From an uncultured Gammaproteobacteria bacterium (GTDB taxonomy: Bacteria > Patescibacteriota > Microgenomatia > Woykebacterales > RBG-16-39-9b): a DNA stretch of 64,000 nt. Shown here one piece after another: positions 56,166 through 64,000 of this stretch (within the stretch, counting starts at the first letter, position 1; each line of letters begins with the position of its first letter). The notes below the pieces were generated by a model that had not been told where the DNA came from, ran no database searches, and worked only from the letters and a program-made list of their open reading frames with translations. Both the position numbers and the translations under genes were made by a program. The stretch spans positions 74,802 to 138,801 of the forward strand of contig CAZXPY010000001.1 in assembly GCA_964643435.1 (NCBI GenBank), in the 5' to 3' direction.

Positions 56166-57084
56166 GATTTTAAGGTTGGGAGTTGTTGGTGTTGGTTCAA
56201 TTGGCAAAGAACACGTCCGGATCTTAAGTAAGTTGAAAGATTGTGTGCTGGTAGGTATCGTGGATACGGATCAACAACTCGCGGCGGTAGTTGCTGAAAG
56301 ATTTTCAACGCGCCGGTTTAAAAAACCCGATGATCTCTTTGCCCAAAACATTGACGCAATTAGTATTTGTACTCCGACCTCATCCCATTTTAGAATAGCG
56401 CGAACGGCTATTGAGAAAAATATCCACTCTTTAATTGAAAAACCAATAACAAAAACTATTTCTCAAGCTAAGAAACTAATAGATCTAGCCGAGAAGAAAA
56501 AATTGAAGCTTATGGTTGGATACGTTGAGAGATTTAACCCAATCGTAGCGGTTATAAAAAGAAGAATAAAAGGGGAAACGGTCATATCGATTAATTTCAC
56601 GCGAGTCGGGCCTGTCCCACCGAAAGTAGGCGATATTGGCATTACTTTGGATTTGGCAACTCACGATATTGATCTTTTAAGATATTTATTAGAGACGGAT
56701 TTTAAAAAAATTAAGTCTGTTTCTTCGACCCAAAACAATCGTGAGGATGCGGCGGTTCTTAGCTTTAAATTGGGCAACGGAACAATTGCTTCAATTGTGA
56801 CGAATTGGTACACTCCTTATAAGGTTAGAAAAATAGAAATAGCCACAAAAAATAAATTCATTGTTGGCGATTTTATTTTACAAGAAGTTCACGAGCATTA
56901 TAATTACAAGGTGGGTGGAACATATTCTACAAAAGTAATACCAGTGAAAAAAACCGAACCCCTAAAAGAAGAGTTAAAAGCTTTTGTTGAGTCCATAAAA
57001 CTAGATAAAATTACAAAAGTTACTGGCGAAGATGGTTTAGAGGCTTTAAAAATAGCCGTAAGATGTACAAAGTTAGCTTCTTAA
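56158..57084 (+). CDS. Gfo/Idh/MocA-family NAD(P)-dependent sugar oxidoreductase (WbpB-like)
   Basis: LRLGVVGVGSIGKEH Rossmann motif; EKP motif. Confidence 0.7.
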   Translation: MNKILRLGVVGVGSIGKEHVRILSKLKDCVLVGIVDTDQQLAAVVAERFSTRRFKKPDDLFAQNIDAISICTPTSSHFRIARTAIEKNIHSLIEKPITKTISQAKKLIDLAEKKKLKLMVGYVERFNPIVAVIKRRIKGETVISINFTRVGPVPPKVGDIGITLDLATHDIDLLRYLLETDFKKIKSVSSTQNNREDAAVLSFKLGNGTIASIVTNWYTPYKVRKIEIATKNKFIVGDFILQEVHEHYNYKVGGTYSTKVIPVKKTEPLKEELKAFVESIKLDKITKVTGEDGLEALKIAVRCTKLAS

Positions 57085-57783
57085 GGCAAATAAAAGCATA
57101 TCTTTGATAGAAGCAAAAACTAGCTTAAAATTAAGCTGACTTGGGTTTTCTTTAGGGTAATGAACAACCGGAACGCTAGCGATTTTAGAACCGGCCCTAC
57201 TTGCTTTAATAAGTCTTTCGCTTTCAGCAAAAACGCTTGTAGATTTAATATCTAAACTTTTGTAAATATGAGATTTTACTAGTTTTGCACAGCCAGCATC
57301 ATGAACCTCAACACCAAACAGTAGTTTTGTAAAGAAATTAAATCCCCAAGACACAAATTTCCGCCCTAAATTGTATTTTTTTACTTTCCTTTTCGCAACA
57401 ACAATATCAAAACCCTCTTGCATTTCTTTCATTAAAGAGGGAAGAATTGACATCTTAATCTCATTATCAGCACCATTAAAAAAAGTCAGATTTCCTTTAG
57501 CCCCAGAATAAAGATCTTTTAAACTTTCTTCAATTCCAAAGTTTTTAATATGGTTAATAATTCTTAGTTTTGGATATTTCTCTCTTAATTTTGATAAAAT
57601 TTGCGGTGTTTTATCGGTGCTGCCGTCATCTACCACTAAAATCTCATAATTGTTAGTTAGTTTTGATGCTTCTTCGTCAGCACTTCTAATAGATTCACTT
57701 ATGTTTTCTTCTTCGTTATAAGCTGGAATTGCGATGGTTAAAGATAAATTTTTCTTCATAAAATTTGCTAAAATCGGAGACAC
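57073..57783 (-). CDS. GT2 polyprenyl-phosphate hexose synthase (Dpm1-like)
   Basis: LTIAIPAYNEEENIS, VDDGSTDKT. The true start may be the internal Met (MKKNLS..), which would reduce the overlap with the HAD gene. Confidence 0.7.
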   Translation of the reverse strand: MSPILANFMKKNLSLTIAIPAYNEEENISESIRSADEEASKLTNNYEILVVDDGSTDKTPQILSKLREKYPKLRIINHIKNFGIEESLKDLYSGAKGNLTFFNGADNEIKMSILPSLMKEMQEGFDIVVAKRKVKKYNLGRKFVSWGFNFFTKLLFGVEVHDAGCAKLVKSHIYKSLDIKSTSVFAESERLIKASRAGSKIASVPVVHYPKENPSQLNFKLVFASIKDMLLFALRS

Positions 57784-58402
57784 TTTCTAAAACAAGATCA
57801 GCACCAGCCGCAGTTAATTCTTTTTTATTTCCTACCCCCGTTAATACCCCTATTGTAAAAGCACCGGCACTTTTACCAGCTTTTATATCATAAGGGTGGT
57901 CTCCAATAACGATTATTTCTGAAGGTTTCAGATTTAATTTATTAATTGCAAATATTATTCCCTCAGAACTGGGTTTGGGGTTTAAAACTGTTTCCCGTCC
58001 TACTAATACATCAAAGGGTTCTAAATTGAATTTATCTAGAGTCGTTTTTATTGCCATTTCAGAAGTTCGAGAAAATATACCTGTCATAATATTTTTACTT
58101 CGTAAATACTCTAGAGTTTGTTTAGTTCCAGGAATAAGAGTAGCCTCTTGAGAGGCTAGACATTCTTCTTCTGTAAGTATTTTAAGCGCCGCTTTCTTTA
58201 AATCTTCGTTTTCAGCTAGGCTCTTTCTCTCAAGCGCAACTATTGCGTCGTTTATTTTTTGTAAAATTGGTTTAAAATTAAAGTCCTTGGGCAATCCTCT
58301 TTCAGCGAAAAACGCCCTCACCCTTTCTCTAATTGATTCAAGGTCAATTCGTATTCTTACTAAAGTGTTTTCAAAATCAAACAAAATTAGTTTGACCGAC
58401 AT
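57716..58402 (-). CDS. HAD-superfamily phosphatase (phosphoglycolate phosphatase / beta-PGM-like subfamily)
   Basis: Motif I LILFDFENTLV; motif IV IVIGDHPYDIKAGKSAGA. Confidence 0.7.
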   Translation of the reverse strand: MSVKLILFDFENTLVRIRIDLESIRERVRAFFAERGLPKDFNFKPILQKINDAIVALERKSLAENEDLKKAALKILTEEECLASQEATLIPGTKQTLEYLRSKNIMTGIFSRTSEMAIKTTLDKFNLEPFDVLVGRETVLNPKPSSEGIIFAINKLNLKPSEIIVIGDHPYDIKAGKSAGAFTIGVLTGVGNKKELTAAGADLVLESVSDFSKFYEEKFIFNHRNSSL

Positions 58403-58409
58403 AATTTAA

Positions 58410-59465
58410 TTATATCTCCGTAAAGGTCCATTTATTGTTTTTGATCATAACTGGACCACCGTCTGGAATTCTAACCCAATAAATATCAGCTGGAGTGTTA
58501 TTTATTAATGAAACGTTTGGTATTCGCTCGCCATAAGCTAATTTTACAAATATCAGTGGCATATTAATTCCGATAGTAGAAAAAAATAATGAAGTAGTAA
58601 AAAACCTTCCTGGATTAACTTCTGTTACACAGGGAATACCAGATTTATTCTCCTTTGTGTCTACAACGTAAATACCGTTTGGCTTTGAATCTAACGTTTT
58701 TACAGTATCGATAGCTATTTTATTTACGCGATCATTATGAACTGTTTTTTGTATCGCTGTTGTGCCTGTTACTCCACTTGGAGAAAGCCCAGATTGTACC
58801 CATTCTAACCTCTCTTTACCCTGTGAACATATCAACTTCCCCTTATACCAGATGCTCACCCAAGATACCTCTCGACCATCTAATTTTTCACTGGCTAAAA
58901 AATTTCCCCACCTTAAACCTCTATATGACCAATAATTTACCCAAGCCTTTGCTGACTCAAAATTATCAACCGGTAAACTGGCTCGACCACCAGCACCTCT
59001 ATTCGCTCTTAGCCAAACAGTACCATCTATTTCTATAAAGACCTCCTTGAGGGAAACCTCATCTGATAATTTAAAAGTTTTAGCGACAGGCACCCTTGCT
59101 TTTTCAAGAGTTTGGTAAGTCAACCATTTATCCTGGCTTATATTTATGGCTTTTTTCGAGGGAAGAAATACTTTGGCGTTTAACTTCTGCCGGTAATCAG
59201 AAATTATCTTAACTTCTGGATCTGGTTGTGCATGAATAAATTCAATATCTTCAAGTTCGATTACTTTATTAATTTTATTAATATAGTTTAGTTCCTCACC
59301 TTTTTTGTGCCTAATTAAATATCTCTTATCAACCGGAGACATCTCCAGATAATACTTATTTGTGTCAGCACCAACAATTTTTATCTTCTCTTTCGAGAGT
59401 CTTAATGACTTTATAAAATTTATTCCTGCTGACCCGCCGCAGCCAAGAACTAATATTTTTTTCAT
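58410..59465 (-). CDS. ATP-grasp family ligase (carboxylate-amine ligase-like)
   Basis: About 351 aa; N-terminal MKKILVLGCGGSAG; central Gly-rich loop and C-terminal ..VTEVNPGRFF.. are consistent with the ATP-grasp fold. Confidence 0.5.
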   Translation of the reverse strand: MKKILVLGCGGSAGINFIKSLRLSKEKIKIVGADTNKYYLEMSPVDKRYLIRHKKGEELNYINKINKVIELEDIEFIHAQPDPEVKIISDYRQKLNAKVFLPSKKAINISQDKWLTYQTLEKARVPVAKTFKLSDEVSLKEVFIEIDGTVWLRANRGAGGRASLPVDNFESAKAWVNYWSYRGLRWGNFLASEKLDGREVSWVSIWYKGKLICSQGKERLEWVQSGLSPSGVTGTTAIQKTVHNDRVNKIAIDTVKTLDSKPNGIYVVDTKENKSGIPCVTEVNPGRFFTTSLFFSTIGINMPLIFVKLAYGERIPNVSLINNTPADIYWVRIPDGGPVMIKNNKWTFTEI

Positions 59466-59469
59466 CTTA

Positions 59470-61086
59470 TTACCACAGTTTGTTTTTGTAAGTTATCGGA
59501 ACATCAACAATTGCTGCCTTTTCAGAATTCAAAGCTTTTTTCAAAGTTGGAGTCAAATTCTTAGCTGAATTTACTCTAAAACCCTTACCTCCATAAGCTT
59601 GAGCTAATTTAACAAAATCGGGATTTCGGAAATCAACACCAAAAGAACTACCAAAAGTTTTTTCCTGTTCATACTTTATTATTCCGTAAGAACCATCATT
59701 TAAAATAACCACTGTAATTGGTAAATCATAATTAACCGCAGTTATGAATTCTGAAGCCGCCATTTGAAAACCACCGTCTCCAACCAGCGCAATTACTCTT
59801 TTGTCTTTATTTAAGAGCTTAGCGGCAATTGCTCCCGGTAGAGAAAAACCCATCGCTGATTGACCGTTTGAGAAGTTAATAGTTTTAGGGTATAAGGCTT
59901 CAAAAAATAAACCCATATATTGCTTATGCTCACCAACATCAACAATAATTATATCTTGGTTATCTAATAAAACTCTAAGTTTTTTAATCAAGTTTAAAGG
60001 ATCTATTGGAAAATCTTCTTTACTAAACTTATAATTTTTTGGATCGAAACGATGAAACGGTAAGTATTTATACTTTTTTGGCGTGAGATTAGAACTATTT
60101 ATTTTTTTAAAGAAGTATTTATAATCGCAAACTATATCAATATCTGGTCGATAAAATTTCTGCCCTGTTCTGGTTGAAGTATCAATATTTATTATCTTTT
60201 TCCTTATACCTTCACTCCATATCTTCGGTTTTATTCCCTCTGCGTAATCGTAACCAATATTGATAAGGAGATCTGATTTTCTAATGCTTTCAGCGGTTTT
60301 TGGTAGGTGGCGGCTTAGCACACCAAGATATAGGGGATGGTTCGAGGGGATTGCACCTTTCCCTTGGAAAGTTGACAAAGCGTATATATTAAACTTCTCC
60401 ATAAATTTTATAAGTTCATTAGTGGCGTTTTGACGAATCACTGCCCCGCCAACTAAAATAATCGGAAATTGAGCCCTTTTTATTTCTTTAATTACCGATG
60501 AGATATTGGGAAAATTTTTCTTTTGCCGATTGATTTTAGAAGAAATTTTTATCCTTGAATTAAAAGGGTTATCTAAGATATCAACTGGAAGGACAATATG
60601 AACAGGTCCTGGTCTTTCTTCTTCCGCAATCTTAAAAGCTAACTGTAACTTCTGAGGTATTTCACTAACGTGTTCTATAGTCGTTTGAAATTTTGATTTA
60701 TGGGAAAATTCCTTTTTCATATCAATGAATTGGTGAGTATCAACGTGCCAGGCAGTTTTTGGTAGTTGGCTAGTTATGCAGACGAGAGGGGAACGATCAG
60801 AATGAGCATTTTTAATTGCTGTACCAATATTTGTGGCTCCGGGTCCTAGGGTTGTATAGCAAACCCCGGCTTTGCCGGTTAACCGCCCATAAACATCAGC
60901 CATAAAACCAGCAGATTGCTCATGAGTAGTTCTAATAAACCTAATTTTTGAGGATTTTTTTAGCTCTTTAAAAAAAAGAGCTTCGGCAGTCTTACCTTTG
61001 TTATCTTTAGTATCTCCAGGTATGCCAAAAATATATTTGACCCTAAGTCTCTCTAAAGTTTTTACTAGTAATACCGCTCCATCCAC
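59470..61086 (-). CDS. Thiamine diphosphate-dependent enzyme, acetolactate synthase large subunit-like
   Basis: N-terminal PYR domain (..YIFGIPGD.., ..HEQSAGFMADVYGRLTGK..GVC..T.GPGATN); C-terminal PP domain with ..GDGGFQM.. ThDP-Mg motif. Confidence 0.8.
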   Translation of the reverse strand: MDGAVLLVKTLERLRVKYIFGIPGDTKDNKGKTAEALFFKELKKSSKIRFIRTTHEQSAGFMADVYGRLTGKAGVCYTTLGPGATNIGTAIKNAHSDRSPLVCITSQLPKTAWHVDTHQFIDMKKEFSHKSKFQTTIEHVSEIPQKLQLAFKIAEEERPGPVHIVLPVDILDNPFNSRIKISSKINRQKKNFPNISSVIKEIKRAQFPIILVGGAVIRQNATNELIKFMEKFNIYALSTFQGKGAIPSNHPLYLGVLSRHLPKTAESIRKSDLLINIGYDYAEGIKPKIWSEGIRKKIINIDTSTRTGQKFYRPDIDIVCDYKYFFKKINSSNLTPKKYKYLPFHRFDPKNYKFSKEDFPIDPLNLIKKLRVLLDNQDIIIVDVGEHKQYMGLFFEALYPKTINFSNGQSAMGFSLPGAIAAKLLNKDKRVIALVGDGGFQMAASEFITAVNYDLPITVVILNDGSYGIIKYEQEKTFGSSFGVDFRNPDFVKLAQAYGGKGFRVNSAKNLTPTLKKALNSEKAAIVDVPITYKNKLW

Positions 61087-61189
61087 AATTAAAGAAAAAT
61101 TATAGCAACGCTACGTTAAACTGTCTAGGTTTATAAGCATAGCCTAGTAAGCTTATTGTTAATTTGTTAGTATAGGTAAGTATAAAAAT

Positions 61190-62362
61190 ATGAAAATTTT
61201 GATGATTAATGATAAATACGAAAGTGTTGGTGGTGCCGAAAATTATCTGATTGGGGTCTGCGAAGGCTTAGAAAATTTAGGACACGAGACTTTTGTGATT
61301 TATTCTGAAGGCGGAGCAGTCAGAGCTAAAAGAAAATCTTTTTTTGTTCCAAATTTAGAAATTAGCGAAACTCTAGAAATCATTGAAAGCGAGAAGCCAG
61401 ATATTATCAATTTGCAAAATGTTTTTAATAATGATCTTTACCGGTTGTTACCGAAACTCAAACCGACAGTTAGATACGTCCACGACCACCGAACTTATTC
61501 ACCGGGTTCGGCCAGTATGCATTTTGTTTCAAACCGAATTTGCGAAGCCCCGTTAAGCTGGTGGCACCAGCCAATCTTTGCTTACACAGAGCGTTGTATG
61601 AGCCGTAATCCTATAAAAATTGTTAGGCTAGTTTTAGAGAGATTAGAACTTTTAAAACTCCATAATAACCTACAAAAAATCTTGGTTAATTCAAATTATG
61701 TTAAGAATAGGTTGATTCAAAACGGAGTAAGTGGAGATTTAATTTTTGTATTGCCACCGTTTGTAAATATCCTTCAGGATAAAGTAGTCACAAAATCAGA
61801 AGAACCAATTATTTTGTATGTTGGGAGACTTTTTGTGGAAAAAGGAGTTGAATTTGCTTTCAGGGCTGTTGGGGAGATACCAAACGCTAAGCTTTGGGTG
61901 GTAGGGGATGGTTGGGATAGAAGGCGATTAGAAAAACTAACTTTAAAATTGGGTCTTTCAGAGAGAGTTAGATTTTTTGGGTGGGTTGAAAGAGAAAAAT
62001 TAGGAAAATTTTATAACGAGGCATCACTGACAGTTTTACCTTCAATCTGGCCAGAGCCTTTTGGTATGAGTGGAATTGAGTCTTTAAGCGCAGGTAAACC
62101 GGTTGTTGCCTTCAAGGTTGGGGGAATTCCTGAATGGTTAACTGATAATAAAGTTGGTTTTTTGGTCCCAAGAGCAAACGAAAAAGAGTTAGCAAAAGCA
62201 ATTAAAACCTTGTTAGATAATCCTTCTTTGCGGGATAGATTTGGGAGGTTAGGAAAGAAATTAGTAAAAGAAAAATTTAATAAAGAAGATCATCTCAAGA
62301 AGTTGTTTGGAATATACGAAGAAGCAGTTAAAAATTTTAAAAGCTCATTCGCCACGATTTGA
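61190..62362 (+). CDS. GT4 family glycosyltransferase
   Basis: ..EPFGMSGIESLSAGKPVVA.. Confidence 0.7.
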   Translation: MKILMINDKYESVGGAENYLIGVCEGLENLGHETFVIYSEGGAVRAKRKSFFVPNLEISETLEIIESEKPDIINLQNVFNNDLYRLLPKLKPTVRYVHDHRTYSPGSASMHFVSNRICEAPLSWWHQPIFAYTERCMSRNPIKIVRLVLERLELLKLHNNLQKILVNSNYVKNRLIQNGVSGDLIFVLPPFVNILQDKVVTKSEEPIILYVGRLFVEKGVEFAFRAVGEIPNAKLWVVGDGWDRRRLEKLTLKLGLSERVRFFGWVEREKLGKFYNEASLTVLPSIWPEPFGMSGIESLSAGKPVVAFKVGGIPEWLTDNKVGFLVPRANEKELAKAIKTLLDNPSLRDRFGRLGKKLVKEKFNKEDHLKKLFGIYEEAVKNFKSSFATI

Positions 62363-63462
62363 TGGCCCCTTTTGGTGAGATGTCCATCCTCCGGAAAAAA
62401 TAAAGGAAACTCTTTACCTTCCTTAAAGGTTTTTAAGAAACTAATGAATTCAATATTCTCTTTTTTGGCAAAGTCCTCTAAATCTTCGATATGACGGAGG
62501 GGATAAATTTTGCCGATTCTAAAACCGTGAAATAGGCGACCAGTTGCCCACTCTTTATCAGAAACTTGGTGAGCACTCGGATGGGCTGTTAGTAGGAACG
62601 GAATATTCTCCTTTTTAAGCAACTCTTTTATCAGTAAAAGATGCTTCTCTGGCAAGATAAAAGCCTTTTCATAGTCTTCTGGTTTTTCCTCTCGGGTAAG
62701 CGCAAAAGTATCGTTTCTTATATCTCCTTTGGTATATCCGGGTACCGCTTTACCTAAAAGTCCTTTAATTTTAATTGCGGCAAACAAATAGAATTTTGAG
62801 TTATCGTGTAAGAACTGCTTTATAACTAGCGGTAAAAACGGAATAGTAACTTCTCCGCCGGTTTTGTTTTTCTGATCAAACTCCTTTCTTAAGTTTTTCT
62901 CGGGATCCACTGCAATTGGTTCTCCTTTTTCATTACTAGTTGTGTTCTTTTCATATTCAAGCTCGTTTTGAAAGTCAGTAATATCAAAATCCAAAATTAC
63001 CAAATCGGGTTTTAGTTTCAGTCCAAAGTTTTTTAAATATAAGTATTCTAAAACTGGAGAGTAACTAATAACCCCACCATTAATCACCTCGACGTTTTTA
63101 TATTTTTCGTTGAGTTTATTCTCTAACTTTTTAACAGAGGTCTCTTCTAAATCTACCCCTTGGCCTTCAACAAAAGAATCACCCAGTATTAAGATGCGGT
63201 AGAAGCCCTCGGGTTTAACTTTACTTATTTGCCTATCTCGTAAACCCAGTGAGTTAATTCTATAGTCAATATTCCACTCGGGAGTTACATACTTACAATT
63301 TGAATTTGGTTTTAATTTATGGTGAATTATTTTGTCGCTGCTTCTACATTCGGTTGGTAAAACGGATTTAAATTCTGTTAGGCGGGTGTAAATTTCGGCT
63401 AATAAAAAAGCAGCTAAGAATCCAAAAAATACTAAAAGCAAATTTTGAAAAGCCTTTTTCAC
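62290..63462 (-). CDS. Membrane-anchored SGNH/GDSL-family hydrolase (putative polysaccharide O-acetyl esterase/transferase)
   Basis: N-terminal TM anchor; block I RILILGDSFVEGQG (GDS motif); about 390 aa. Confidence 0.45.
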   Translation of the reverse strand: MKKAFQNLLLVFFGFLAAFLLAEIYTRLTEFKSVLPTECRSSDKIIHHKLKPNSNCKYVTPEWNIDYRINSLGLRDRQISKVKPEGFYRILILGDSFVEGQGVDLEETSVKKLENKLNEKYKNVEVINGGVISYSPVLEYLYLKNFGLKLKPDLVILDFDITDFQNELEYEKNTTSNEKGEPIAVDPEKNLRKEFDQKNKTGGEVTIPFLPLVIKQFLHDNSKFYLFAAIKIKGLLGKAVPGYTKGDIRNDTFALTREEKPEDYEKAFILPEKHLLLIKELLKKENIPFLLTAHPSAHQVSDKEWATGRLFHGFRIGKIYPLRHIEDLEDFAKKENIEFISFLKTFKEGKEFPLFFPEDGHLTKRGHQIVANELLKFLTASSYIPNNFLR

Positions 63463-63493
63463 AATATATACTATATAATGTATTTCTTAATAT

Positions 63494-64000
63494 ATGAATA
63501 TCGCTATTGATGCTCGTAGTTTGGGAACTGGGCGGGCAATTGATATTTATACCAGAAATATTGTTGATAATCTTCTATCTATCGATAAAGAAAATTCTTA
63601 CATCTTAGTTATTGACGATTTAGATAAGCTAAAAGAAATAAATAATAAAAATTACACCATAAAGCAAATTCCAAAAAAACGAGTTTTAAGAGACCATCTT
63701 CTTTTCAAGCAATTTCTCTCTGATCTAGAGGTTGATCTTGTTTTTCACCCGGATAACACTGAATTTTTATTTTGTTTACCCAAAAGTATAGTAACCGTAC
63801 ACGATATAATTCCGATTAAATTTCCTAAACTTGTTTTAAGCAAGAATGCCCTATTTTCGTTAAAACAAAAAGCTTACTTTTCCCTGCAGGGAAGAGCTTT
63901 AAAAGGGGCTTCTAAAATTATTACGGTTTCGAAGAATACGAAAATAGACTTAATTGAGGTTTTGAAAATACCTTCAGAAAAAGTCGAAGTGGTTTATGAG
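63494..64000 (+). CDS. GT4 family glycosyltransferase (3' end truncated by window edge)
   Basis: MNIAIDARSLGTGRAIDIYTRN.. resembles the N-terminal GT-B half of Glycos_transf_1 enzymes; the ORF runs off the end of the window. Confidence 0.5.
   Translation, partial: MNIAIDARSLGTGRAIDIYTRNIVDNLLSIDKENSYILVIDDLDKLKEINNKNYTIKQIPKKRVLRDHLLFKQFLSDLEVDLVFHPDNTEFLFCLPKSIVTVHDIIPIKFPKLVLSKNALFSLKQKAYFSLQGRALKGASKIITVSKNTKIDLIEVLKIPSEKVEVVYE

Noticed and set aside
1-64000. CRISPR arrays, rRNA/tRNA genes, IS elements, integrases, phage genes, toxin-antitoxin or defence systems
   Set aside because: No periodic direct repeats with unique spacers, no transposase/integrase-like ORFs, and no terminal inverted repeats were seen. 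All non-coding gaps are 210 bp or shorter and show no tRNA-like cloverleaf potential. The window appears devoted to glycan biosynthesis plus secA.

Overview
AT-rich (about one-third GC) bacterial window with tightly packed genes and many 4-nt ATGA or 1-nt start/stop overlaps. It is almost entirely a cell-surface glycan and glycoconjugate biosynthesis island. The only clear housekeeping gene is secA (6641..9310, minus). The rest is sugar-nucleotide synthesis plus glycan transfer and surface-glycan machinery. Sugar-nucleotide synthesis: a GDP-heptose module (transaldolase/FSA fused in frame to an HddA-like GHMP kinase, then GmhA and an HddC-like guanylyltransferase); short RmlA-like nucleotidyltransferase, Rmd-like, Gmd, cupin, RmlB, RmlD and GalE-like genes; YvcK(GlmR)-GlmS; Ugd plus UDP-xylose synthase; WecB; two DegT aminotransferases; a Gfo/Idh/MocA dehydrogenase; a standalone GlmU-type hexapeptide acetyltransferase; three SAM methyltransferases. 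Transfer machinery: six Dpm1-like polyprenyl-phosphate-sugar synthases (one fused to a GtrA flippase domain), about ten cytoplasmic GT4/GT2 transferases, two Wzx flippases, and seven large polytopic GT-C-like membrane proteins (ArnT/PMT-like and YfhO-like). A minus-strand block carries a ThDP-dependent ALS-like enzyme, an ATP-grasp ligase and a HAD phosphatase. No rRNA, tRNA, CRISPR or transposase was seen. The organism is probably a low-GC, Gram-positive-like or CPR/Patescibacteria-type bacterium; this is an inference from composition and gene content only. The most interesting feature is the density of lipid-carrier-dependent extracytoplasmic glycosylation modules (Dpm1-like GT2 plus flippase plus GT-C). 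It resembles GtrABC / CsbB-GtcA-YfhO / ArnC-ArnT three-component systems repeated several times, with unusual sugar-tailoring enzymes attached.
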